64,000 nt of DNA, from the NCBI GenBank assembly GCA_000934665.2, contig KZ538227.1:1-64000 (forward strand), written 5' to 3'. Positions 24,201-34,270 of the stretch are shown here, piece by piece. A program made the translations under genes and the position numbers. The stretch comes from Catajapyx aquilonaris (Eukaryota). How positions within the stretch are numbered: the stretch's first letter is position 1; each line of letters starts with the position of its first letter. The notes beneath the pieces were generated by a model. The model saw nothing but the letters and a program-made list of their open reading frames with translations, was not told where the DNA came from and did no database searches.

Positions 24201-27200
24201 GTAACAACTTTGTATCGTTTGGGATCAGGGGAGGGAGTCGCAAACACAACTACGGTGGATTCAGTCGTCCTGCACCTCGAGGGAGAGATGGCAAGGAGCT
24301 GATTCAGTGTCCTACCCCGGGTTGCGATGGAATGGGTCATGTCTCCGGAAACTATGCCACTCATCGAAGGTCAGTACTAGCCCTCCTTCACACACTCAAA
24401 AAAAAAATTCTGTCAGGTGGAGATAGATCTGGCCTGACCCGAGTCCAAGAGTCGTGCTTCACACGACGAGCGCTTCAACTCCAAAATCCACCACAGCCAT
24501 GCGCATACAATCGGGAAAAATATTTGATTGCTCTTGTATAGTAGCAATGTACCTGACCATACCAGCATGTTGACAAAATGAACTTTGGTGTAATTTAAGT
24601 GATGTTTACGCTGGTGTGTGTGGTGGTTACTGATACTCGAAATGTGCAGTGTACATAATTTAGATTAAGTTGGTTCGAAAACCTAAACATAACCTGCCAG
24701 TAAATCGGATAGGTAATGCGACCACATTACAACGTGTTAACGGAACTTCCTACAACAATGCTATCAGTCGGAAATAAACAATAGCTTATTTCTCACATGG
24801 TTAATAGCCTATTCTTCTGGCTATATGACTTGCATCTTGAGCTATCCTTTCTATTTTCTACCGTAGTAATAGACTACCAGCACAGTGATCTTGACAGTAG
24901 CTTTCACTATCAATATTTCTTCTAAATGCCTTCTCCGAAAATCATTAACACGAAGGGTTTTGGAATGAAGCTCTCGATTATTGCGCAATAACTATCAGCA
25001 GCACACTCTTAATATTGAAGCCTCAACAATGTCGAAACAGAAATGCAATCATGGGCAAACTATCAGCGAATAATCCGAACTCGTAAAATGTTGAAAAAAT
25101 TATATTTCGAATGCATCAACAATACAGTGCCCTCTTATCATAGCAGACTAATATTTAAGGAAATATATATGTACGAAATGAATTGGTAAAAGAGTGCTTC
25201 GGGGCTTTGTGAACTTGGAAGTTGTAACACATCCGTTTGGACAGCAAAAGAAATAATTTTAATGCAATTGGATTGCCTCGCCTCGAAGCACAGGTTTACC
25301 AATTTAATCCCTGAGTAAGGCTTGGATATGTGATTATCTGAATTATTTTCCCGCCCTTTACAAAATTAAAAACTTGAGCAAAATTGGCCGATTGGAAGAC
25401 GGGGTTGGAAGTCAGGGTATGGTGTCTTAGGGCAAAATTTATCCCCCTCCGATTGGAAGCGACAGTGAAGATGGTAAATGTACCGAGAAAAAAAGAGAAA
25501 AAAAACACTTCTTGCTAGACTTTCCTTTCGCTTTTGATTTCGCCTGTTCCGCAGATGATCCTCAGTCCAAAAGACCAACCGCCCTTCATTTCCAACCCCA
25601 TTTGGTATGAGTTACGTTTTGCAAGCATCATTGTGATAGTCTAGAGTCAGAGCACACAAACTTTTGTGTCTTTAAAGTACGCCTTGCTGCAATTTTTCCT
25701 GCTGACTGTGTCCTCTGTCATCTTCCTCTCCTTGTAGTCTGTCAGGCTGCCCGAGGGCAGATAGATCACAGATCCAGGCTCACTCTCAAGAACTGAAATG
25801 CCCCACTCCGGGCTGTGACGGTTCTGGTCATGTGACAGGAAACTATTCTTCTCATCGTAGTTTGTCCGGGTGTCCACGGGCCAACAAGCCTAAATCCAAA
25901 GCAAGAGATGGCCCGGATTCCGAGCCATTACGGTAAGGCCCTCTCTTCTTCACTCATTTCTACATACTCTACTACTACTACTACTACCTATTTAGTCCTT
26001 TAGTATATTCCGTTTTCGTCATTCTATCTATTCGACCCTCGTCTTTTTCCCCCACTTCAGAATTTTAAATCTTCACCGCACTTTTCCTAGGGCCATTGCC
26101 ACCAACAGTGATCAAAAGATGATCTCAACTTGAGTACACATCTCTTCTGATTATTGCTGGTAACAGGCTCTAGAAAACTTACCCTTAGATGGTATACATA
26201 AAAAAGACTAGATCCCGCTTCAATCGTCTCGTTCTTTCTTCTGAATGTTAGGAAATGAGGCTTTAGTTCTGCAGAATGAACCTTTGCCCAGAATATTTTC
26301 TTTCTTGATTATGAGGAGAAGAGGATTACGCATTGCAGGATGCATCTTTACTTTCAAACTAGATTTTCTTCCCACCCACTATTTGAGTTCATTCTACAAT
26401 CCTTTAAATGAGAGAACGATGTGACGTCACAGAAGCCGTGTTTTCTGAGCATGCGCAGCGGAGTGATTCGGGGACGTGATTGGAGCTGGGTGGAGATGGG
26501 CTTTAATGTGACGTCAGATCGTTCTTTCGCTTAAAGGACTGTATCTCTTAGCGTTTCCCACCAACGGTAAATCGGATGGGTCCAACTCATCCTGCATTGT
26601 CCGTTGGTTTGCCATTAGGGTAATTCCTTACTTTGTCAAACCAAGTCTTCCCCTTTGCTTTCGGCATGTCTCTGTTTATGCTCTCTCTTTAAAAGTTATA
26701 TCTGTCCATAGCAAAAGTTCTTCCAAGTCCGCGCACTTCGTATTGCACTGTCACGCGACTATAGCAGTTAGTTACCCATTTGGGTTAAAACCGCGCGAAT
26801 ATGTGAACAAAAAGGTTGGTAAAACGGCACGGTGAGAGGAGCCTCTAAAACGAACACAATCACCTACTGTCTCCTTCTGGGCACGTTGACTGAATGCAGC
26901 AGGTCCTTTTCTCTCATGAGGGTGTTTAAGATGAGATATTTAAACAAAAGGCGTTTAAGTTATGGTTCCAAGAGTATTGTCCCGGCCTGTAACAGAACCT
27001 CGCCCTCTCCTCCCATAGGTCGTTCGGAACCTGCCCGCCCTACTTTGAGACCAACGTAGCCGAGAGAGGGAGATTGGCCGAGACCTGCAAGGCACAGTCC
27101 AACCAACTCTTTATGCCTGTAAGGACCCAGAGACTAAGCTTGAGTCTATCCCCCTCCATTTGCTGCCGGAGACAGTAGGTATTGTGTTCTATTGAAAAGC

Positions 27201-29310
27201 AACGACGGGATGAGAGTCACACGGCTTCGTGGTCGAATGATGCGAGTGAGATGACACCAATTTCTTTTGCTTTGTGTACGTACGCTACAGCTCTAAATAG
27301 TGCTGGCTTGCTCTACAGAGTGTGTTGTTAAAATACCTAGGGATTTTTTTGTATTAAAGCGCCTGGGAAATGGTTCGTCCGTCCGAAAGCATGCACTCTA
27401 GTGTGTCTTTTCATTTTCTCTTGCAGCTGCCCTATTCCGGGATGTGATGGTTCAGGCCACGCAACCGGAAAATTTCTTTCTCACCGCAGGTTGGTACCTC
27501 CCAACTCTCTTTTTGATTGTTCTTTGCATCAGGTGGTGGTCGAGGGAAAGTTTGCGCATGCTGAAAACCTTTTGCCTTTGAAAAACTTGACTAAAGTTAG
27601 GGCCACGCGTTTCTTCATGCGGTGTTAAATTTGGGGTGGGTTCAGTTGTAAGGCAGTGGCTGGAAATGTTGAAAAAGACAATAATGCTACTGTTTGTAAA
27701 ACCGGCGTATATAATAAATCGCGTGTAATAGAACGTGTCTGGAGAGCGCCATGAATATTTTATATAATTATTTTTAAAGTGTGGAAAATATCGAAATCAT
27801 CAAACGCCATGTCAATAATGCATGTCTCACAATGCTGAAAAGTGAGTCAAAATATGCAGACAATTAGCATATGCATAATTTCGCTTAAGTTCATACCTGT
27901 AGCACGTCCGACCTTTCGGAAACATCTGAAAGTTGCGACCAGGACACCCGAACTTAACAATTATTTTCCTTCAGCTCTCTAAAATGCAACCAGTTTTAAT
28001 TTCATGCCAATTACTAGTTCAATTACACTTTATGTGGGAACGGCTGAAAAGAAATTGGCGTCTAAAAATTCAAAAGTGAGCCTGGCTGGCCAGTGGCTGG
28101 CATTTTTATCAGCCGTTATTGTGGCAACGCGTTAATCTTGTTGTTCGAAAATTCCGCCCAAAAATACTGGTTTACTGTGCACTAAAAAGAAAATATTAAG
28201 CATGAAATACTAAATGGGAAATGTCCCATTTAATATAATATTTAAAATACTGAAACATGTCCGCATGTCTTCAAGTACTGCATTTTACAGCTTACTGTTA
28301 GTCTGGAATAAAGCAATGAAAAGAAACCTTATTTTGTTCTGTTCTAATTTCCAGTGCATCGGGGTGTCCCATAGCAAATAGGAACAAAGTGAGGGTGTTG
28401 GAGAACAGCTCTATGGCCGAGTCTGCCCACAAGGCGTCCATGAAGAGTTACGACAGCCTCAACTGCCCCACCCCAGGCTGTGACGGCAGTGGACACATCA
28501 ACGGCTCCTTTCTCACACACAGAAGCATTTCCGGATGTCCCCTGGCCAGCCCCACCTTCAAGAAGACTAAGTTCCCTTCCGACGATATCCCGCATCTCTA
28601 CTCCAAATCTCACCCAGGTGACTATAGTTTCTCACTATTTATGTGGAAGTTGCTGAAGTCATTTCAATTGGTCCTCTTTTGGACCCGAAAGTGTAGCCTG
28701 TACGTGGTGTAATTGTGATAATGCCGAGCGATAGTACTGGATAGCTGAATGATGCAGTAGGCCACACTTACGTTCCAGGACTTGCCAATGGAGGTGGCGA
28801 AGGGATTTTCTCCCTGGAGGAAGAATTATCGGAGCTCCAGAAAGAAAATGCTCGCGTCGAGTGTCAGGCTATGAAGCTGCGATCAGACGTCAACGTCATG
28901 GAGACGCAGTTGAGGCAGGGAGACAAGGTACGTCGTTCCGTCTGGATTACTCTCTGTCAAACCCTACTGCGCCAGAAGTATGGGACGAAATTTTTCACAA
29001 GAACAAACCAACCATACGCGACCCTGCCTAAAATGTGTGTGCTTCATGCTTGCAGGATACCCAAGTGATTGCTCAACGAAACCACAATCTCAACGAGTAC
29101 TACGAAAGCCTTCGCAACAACGTCATCACCCTGTTGGAGCACGTGCGACTCCCCAGCAACCAGGAGAGGATTTGCCACGACAATTTCGACACCTACCTAA
29201 ACAAACTCCAAAGCTTGTGTACAGAGAATTACTGCGACGACAACAAGCCCCTCTACGAAACGGTCAAATCCGCTCTGCAAGACTTCACTATGTTATCCAC
29301 ACCCATCTAA
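15279..29310 (+). CDS. Myt1: MyT1/NZF-family (myelin transcription factor 1-like) CCHHC zinc-finger transcription factor, spliced gene model ~1755 aa
   Basis: Exons joined at GT-AG sites with consistent phase: 15279-15295 (tentative), 15396-15458 (tentative), 17019-18787, 18847-18919, 19896-19936, 20410-20709, 21323-21502, 21609-22226, 22299-22611, 22671-22836, 23043-23230, 23294-23529, 23600-23837, 24229-24369, 25738-25932, 27427-27489, 28355-28617, 28779-28927, 29056-29310 (5268 nt). Encodes six CP(T/I)PGCxGxGHxxxxxxxHRSxSGCP fingers, the family linker [11 protein letters not shown] and a C-terminal coiled coil. The start codon is uncertain. Confidence 0.93.
15396..15458 (+). CDS. Myt1: Myt1 tentative exon ([20 protein letters not shown])
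   Basis: Strong acceptor TTTTGTTTGTTTCAG and donor GA|GTGAGT. One frame is open, and its phase 2 end joins 17019. Confidence 0.5.
17019..18787 (+). CDS. Myt1: Myt1 large exon, acidic/Q-rich disordered N-terminal region
   Basis: Contains ORF 17197-18828. The frame is open back to the GCTTGCAG acceptor (17018), with stops just upstream. Donor AAAG|GTACAC. The 5' boundary is less certain. Confidence 0.85.
18847..18919 (+). CDS. Myt1: Myt1 exon, zinc finger 1 N-half ([21 protein letters not shown])
   Basis: TTACAG acceptor, CAG|GTAAGG donor, CCHHC motif. Confidence 0.95.
19896..19936 (+). CDS. Myt1: Myt1 exon, zinc finger 1 C-end ([14 protein letters not shown])
   Basis: TTCCAG acceptor and A|GTAAGT donor; completes HRSLSGCP. 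Confidence 0.93.
20410..20709 (+). CDS. Myt1: Myt1 exon, zinc finger 2 and polyQ tract
   Basis: [40 protein letters not shown]; donor CAG|GTTTGT. Confidence 0.95.
21323..21502 (+). CDS. Myt1: Myt1 exon (central region)
   Basis: TTTGTTTCAG acceptor, CAG|GTCAGC donor, open phase 1-1 frame. Confidence 0.85.
21609..22226 (+). CDS. Myt1: Myt1 exon (S/P/T-rich central region)
   Basis: Within ORF 21599-22258; TTTAG acceptor, A|GTAAGT donor. Confidence 0.88.
22299..22611 (+). CDS. Myt1: Myt1 exon (Tyr-repeat and polyQ region)
   Basis: In frame with ORF 22331-22732; CATTAG acceptor, AG|GTACCA donor. Confidence 0.87.
22671..22836 (+). CDS. Myt1: Myt1 exon (AINLS and VMDLS motifs)
   Basis: TTCCCAGCAG tandem acceptor, CAG|GTACTT donor; matches ORF 22675-22857. 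Confidence 0.87.
23043..23230 (+). CDS. Myt1: Myt1 exon (TLDLS motif)
   Basis: TGTCAG acceptor, CAG|GTACGC donor; start of ORF 23043-23648. Confidence 0.87.
23294..23529 (+). CDS. Myt1: Myt1 exon (EPVDFS/EPVNFS motifs)
   Basis: TTCCTGCAG acceptor, GAG|GTAACT donor. Confidence 0.85.
23600..23837 (+). CDS. Myt1: Myt1 exon (Y/N/G-rich)
   Basis: TCTTTTCAG acceptor, GG|GTAAGT donor; in frame with ORF 23632-23841. Confidence 0.87.
24229..24369 (+). CDS. Myt1: Myt1 exon, zinc finger 3 N-half ([28 protein letters not shown])
   Basis: CCHHC motif; donor AAG|GTCAGT. The acceptor is ambiguous: in-frame phase-2 AGs precede 24181, 24229 and 24265. Confidence 0.9.
25738..25932 (+). CDS. Myt1: Myt1 exon, end of finger 3 plus finger 4
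   Basis: [53 protein letters not shown]; strong pyrimidine acceptor, CG|GTAAGG donor. Absent from the ORF track. Confidence 0.95.
25969..25987. repeat. (CTA)n microsatellite
   Basis: CTACTACTACTACTACTAC just downstream of the finger 4 exon. Confidence 0.7.
26395..26543. mobile_element. MITE-like element (TA-flanked, ~37-bp imperfect terminal inverted repeats) in a Myt1 intron
   Basis: Left TACAATCCTTTAAATGAGAGAACGATGTGACGTCACA vs reverse complement of the right end TACAGTCCTTTAAGCGAAAGAACGATCTGACGTCACA. TA|CAG ends resemble Tc1/mariner. Confidence 0.7.
27427..27489 (+). CDS. Myt1: Myt1 exon, zinc finger 5 N-half ([20 protein letters not shown])
   Basis: TTCTCTTGCAG acceptor, CAG|GTTGGT donor. 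Confidence 0.95.
28355..28617 (+). CDS. Myt1: Myt1 exon, end of finger 5 plus finger 6
   Basis: [12 protein letters not shown]...[35 protein letters not shown] donor. Confidence 0.95.
28779..28927 (+). CDS. Myt1: Myt1 exon, C-terminal coiled coil
   Basis: [33 protein letters not shown] heptads; AAG|GTACGT donor. Confidence 0.92.
29056..29310 (+). CDS. Myt1: Myt1 last coding exon
   Basis: [23 protein letters not shown]...[12 protein letters not shown]...[12 protein letters not shown] resembles the MyT1-family C-terminus; TAA at 29308-29310. Confidence 0.93.
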   Translation, partial: DTQVIAQRNHNLNEYYESLRNNVITLLEHVRLPSNQERICHDNFDTYLNKLQSLCTENYCDDNKPLYETVKSALQDFTMLSTPI

Positions 29311-30916
29311 ACAACAGAAAACCCAGTTGTGTAAATAAGAATTCGCAGTTCTTTTTTTCTCTGTTTGTTTGTTTGGATTCATGGGGAGCACGGTGCGTGT
29401 CATCAGGCATTTTCGTAGTTCTCTTCTTTCCCCAAAACCATCTCCTTTCTCCAACACTCCCATGGTGCACATTTACCCTAAGGTGGCTTTACAGAAAAAA
29501 AATATATTTCCGGACAAAAAATGGCGAAAAAATTTGTTGAGACTCTCGGCCCATCATGTGAACGAGTCAGTGAAACCAACGTGTTGTTTTTGTTAATAAT
29601 AATGTTCTTTAATTTTTTGTTATTTAGATTTGTTCAAAGTGATAGTATTAGGTGTGAATATGAAGCTCAAGGAGTGTGTGAACATTAAGCCAAGAAGACC
29701 TTTCTACCAGTTTCTTCCAGATGAACAACAATAGGGGAAAGTTTATTTGTGGGAACAAGTTTTGTTTTTTGGTTAAACTGTTCGTGATTGAACACCGAGT
29801 GAATACTATTAAATTCTTTTTGCGAATTAACAAAACCCCAGTGTTTCCGTGCTCCACATAGCAAGGACTTGTTTCCCTGCATCACGTCGTTCATTTACTG
29901 TGCGTGTGTCAGGTTGGAAGTTGAATAAGAAAAAAAAATGGCTGGATTGCAAAACTTAGGTGACGATGTTTCTTCGTTGTGTACAACACATGTAAATTAC
30001 ACCCTGTTTGTTAATTGTTAAAATAATAACGGCCTGCATGGCAACTAGTCTTTTGCAATCCATCCACTTGTAAACCGGGCTGTAGGCCTGACCTGAGTGA
30101 AAAAGGTCGTGACACGTGTCATCCATCCACCCAACATCACTGTTCAATGTACATTATCCTGTAGACATTCCATTGTGTTAAGTGGACCTCTAGGCTTTAT
30201 AAGATGTTGAAGGCCACTCATTACTTTTTGAGAGGGGTTTTTAAAAATATATATGAATAATTTGGTTTCACTGAAACGATCACTGAACGGAACAAAATTT
30301 TTCATTTTGCCTTATTAGGGTGCTTTTCATATAAACGAAGTGTTGCATGCAGGTTAAAAAAACACACATCCTTTGTTTTTTTTAACGTCCATCCTGCACA
30401 CACATACACAAAAACACTGCTCAAAATTTCGTCCCGCAGTAATGAGATTAAACACACACGTACAAATTATTCCGACAGACAAGCCCCATGGGGTGAGGGA
30501 AAATATTATCTGGACGTAAAAACCTGCCCTGCATGTAACAGCTTCTCTCGGTGGGGGAGTGGGCATGTGCATTTCCAACACAATGATGGGATTTAGAACT
30601 CTCCTGACAGATGTCAACCCCTTTCCTTTGTTGTAGTTTATGCATATTGATGTCCCCCAAGGATTGAGTGGCAGTGCGCTTGCCCACCTTGTCTTACATT
30701 CTCACAGAAAAAAATAACCAAAACAAAAAAATAAACGGCGTTTTGATAAATACCAGTACTCATGATAGGATACTAATGACCTGAATATGTATTATTATTG
30801 TAAAAACAATGTTATTTTTTTCTTTTGAAGAAATAATAAAAGTAAGAACAATCATGGTGCGGTGGACACCTGTTTGAAAGCTCAAGTAGAGGAATTGTAT
30901 AGATGGAGAGAATAAA
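29311..30916 (+). other. Probable Myt1 3' UTR with AATAAA signals
   Basis: U-rich sequence after the stop; AATAAA at 30730, 30835 and 30911. The true cleavage site is unknown. Confidence 0.5.
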
Positions 30917-33223
30917 TACCAAACATAATAACGAATAATATATTAGTGTAGTTAAATATAGAAGTTACTGTACAATTAATGTATGAATGACACAGAATGC
31001 CAAATACAATCACTTCTGCTAAATGTCACTTGGTTCCATCAAAGCGTCGCATTTTTTCTTATAATTTTTTGCCAACTCACTGCTCTCACGTGGTGTGACA
31101 TTAGTGACTTCCAGTTGGTAGAAAACATTACTCGATACAGGGTCATTTGATTAGTTCTCTCTTTAAAGTGCTTTAATATATTTGAACCGTGACATCGGTT
31201 ACTCCATTTAAAATGACGTTACCAAAATCCACAGGTAATACATGCATGATGATGCCATCAATTTCATCAACAATGACATTTACATTACAGTTATGCTCTT
31301 ATGTACTGTTAGAGTTTAAATATATTACAGCACTCTATATGGCACCCTGTCGAGTGCAACGTGTACACAGAGTCAAGCAGCGATACGCACAAATTAATCC
31401 GTTATCAAATTACTGTGGTGCTTATTGTAAAATTCAAACATACTTGCAAAATTCAATATCACATTAATCTTCCTGAATCACAAAATTCACTATTATCGCA
31501 ATATTGGCATTAATGAATCCATCATTTATCACACAGGATTTATCAGAAAAACTGGTTAACTTTGAAAATTCTGGTTGGAATGCCGTCACATGTACTACGG
31601 AAATGTCTCGAAATGAGGTAGTCCTATGTTCTTTAAAATATGGAGCCCAATGATGTTACAGGCCTCAGCAATTTTAGCACTTTCAGCAGCCGTCATGGCT
31701 AACATCTCCTACACTGCGTTCTTCAAGCATCGAATCAAATGAAATTGGTCTTCATGCTGACCCTGCGGACATGTACCTACTATAGTAGGTATATAGCCTA
31801 CCTACTCTACCATTTCTATGGGATCATTCAGTGCAATGACTAGATTAATAAAAACGTGTCTAAATTAATGCCTAAAGGGTAGTGGCGGATCATTCTAAGA
31901 CCATGTGGCGAATCTTACTCACCACCACCATTGTTCCTGGTCATCTCCTCAAGATTCCTCAAATACTTGGTACCAGCCCGCAGAGAGTCAGGTAAGATTC
32001 TGGTTTGGATGTTCACAGATGTATAAAAACGGTACCAACGCACTAGTTGAACCAGGCTGAAATGTTACTCACTGTACGACTCACCCTCCTACGCAGTCAC
32101 AAATGAAGGACAACAGCTACTGTCATCTGACTTTTCCCGACCTCGTTGCTAATTTGAGCCAACTGAGGAGGAGCTTGTCAAACGCAGTACACTCACGCTT
32201 CCCATGTCCAAATTGTCAAATTCAAATGGAAGACCTTCTGGCGTTACACGTGTATTTCTAGGAAATTGCCGAAGATCCTTCACTTTCATGCGACAGTTTC
32301 GTATTGTAAAATGTGACCTGCGCTGCCTAGCAGAAATGGTGTCGTAATGCCTGAGGTGAAGTCAAAGTAGAGAAAGGATTTCGTGCGGAAATAAGTAGGT
32401 AACAACTTTTTAGTTAAGGTACTACATAATTACCGTATGTTTATTTGTTAGTACAAATTCCATAAGAAAGTAATCCTGCCGCAGCAAAATTTGGCAGAGG
32501 AAGCATGCAAAAAACGGTTCACCGCCAACTTGTACTGACTCGTGAGTCCACAAAAATTTGATAGTTTATTTTGGATTTCTTTCTTTCATCATCTTCTTCT
32601 AAATTGTCCACTGAAGGTCATTGGCACCAATGCAATACTATAATAACGCACATCACACAAACAAGCACATTGTACACAACTCACTCGCAGTGCCTTTACA
32701 CTAATAAAACAAAACAGCTCCAGAGTTCTAACATTAGCAAAATAGTCTCTCTTCTTTCTCTGTCTAATTATCTGCATACAATAAATAAACTCAGATCTCA
32801 AGAGGCACTCTTATGGCGAACACTTTTCTCGGAATAAACTTTTTTTTTCTTGGTATTTAAAAACAAACGTGTCTTCTCCTTGTACTTGGGAATGGTTAGG
32901 TTTGGAAGGTCGTCACTATAAAGTACTTCATCTGGCAACTAACTAGCTAAATCTACTTTTCAAAGCACCGGGTCTTTTTAAAAAATTGTAACGCTCGATA
33001 TGCCTCTCCCAAACAAGAAAGGAATTGATTGAAAATTGAGAATCCCTGTTTTTTGAAAAGAGATCGATTTTTTTTTACAAATTAAACCTGCACAACAATG
33101 ACCTGAATACACACTGTGGGGGGTTTCTCGATACATTCGGCGAAACTAAATTCGACGCACATTTGGTTATAAGTATTCGGCGAAGGGACAATTTGGCAAA
33201 CACATTTTTAGCGACAGTCGCTT

Positions 33224-33407
33224 CCGGTTGTTTGGACACAGTTTAATGAGAAAATCTCTGTTTAGTGAATACCTATACGTATTAAGAGATACATTTTTGC
33301 ACTGATACAACCAGACCTTCCCAAATTATTGGAAATCATCGATTATGTTCGGGTGTTCACCATACCATTGCAGAGATTTTCTCCTTAATTTGATGTGAAA
33401 TAACCGG
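33224..33407. repeat. Degenerate inverted repeat (old MITE-like) between the two converging genes
   Basis: CCGGTTGTTTGGACACAGTTTAATGAGAAAATCTCTG vs CAGAGATTTTCTCCTTAATTTGATGTGAAATAACCGG. Confidence 0.5.
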
Positions 33408-33682
33408 TTCTAATTCTCCAAACAACCTAGTCAAAGGTGTTGCCTTAAAAAAATGGACGGAAAATAACCAGAAATGTTTGTTATTCATTGTTGTCAACCA
33501 CTTTTCTGGCTCTTTTCCGGCTGGTAAATATTTTCCCGGATTCTGTGCAACAGGCCGCCGAATTTAATTCCGCCGAGTTTCGTCACGGGACGTGTAGGGT
33601 AAGAGTATACTTATATAAATGCCACATGGTAAATTCTTTTTTTTATACTGCTCTTGGGCGGTAATTGAACGTAAGTAAATGA

Positions 33683-34270
33683 CTACTTGTGAGGAGATTG
33701 AGCTCCGATGATGACGTTATGATCCTCGTTGATATGCACCTTTTGCGGGGGCTTGGTGCGAGGAGGCTGCTGACCAGACGAAGAGGAGGAACTCCTGTTG
33801 CCCAAAAGGTAGGACAGGTCGCTGCTGATCTGGCTGAGTGTCCTGTCCGATGACTGGCTGTGTGTCTGGCTGACCGATGAGGAGGAGGAGGAGGATGGGA
33901 GGTGCTGGACGCGAGGTGGTATGGCATGGTGGAGGTGAGGTGGAAGTGGGATGGATGGGGCTGGAGGAGAAGGAGTGGACGCTGCGAATTCTGGTGGTGG
34001 TGACGGTATGGGGACATCTTCCTCCAGCACTCCGCCCATTGGTATGTAGGTGTCTTCCTCCACTGTTGGAGGACACACTGGTCTCTGGATCAGGCACTTG
34101 CCCCGAATGGGTCTCGGTCCCTCCGATTCTACTTTGGCCCCTTCTTCTTCCGCTTCTTCTTCAGCACCTTCTTTCATCTCCTTATGCTGGAATTTCCTTG
34201 GACTGCTGTTGTATTTCTCGAGAGTTACGGAGCTGAAGGGAGACGGCGGGTCTGGACCCATGCAAGGCTT
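33683..34270 (-). CDS. aGPCR last exon: Pro/Ser-rich cytoplasmic tail
   Basis: ORF 33683-34261; GTTTCAG acceptor; TAG stop at 33683-33685. Confidence 0.85.
   Translation of the reverse strand, partial: KPCMGPDPPSPFSSVTLEKYNSSPRKFQHKEMKEGAEEEAEEEGAKVESEGPRPIRGKCLIQRPVCPPTVEEDTYIPMGGVLEEDVPIPSPPPEFAASTPSPPAPSIPLPPHLHHAIPPRVQHLPSSSSSSSVSQTHSQSSDRTLSQISSDLSYLLGNRSSSSSSGQQPPRTKPPQKVHINEDHNVIIGAQSPHK

Noticed and set aside
33728..33745. KVHI as a PP1-docking RVxF motif in the aGPCR tail
   Set aside because: Lacks the required F/W.
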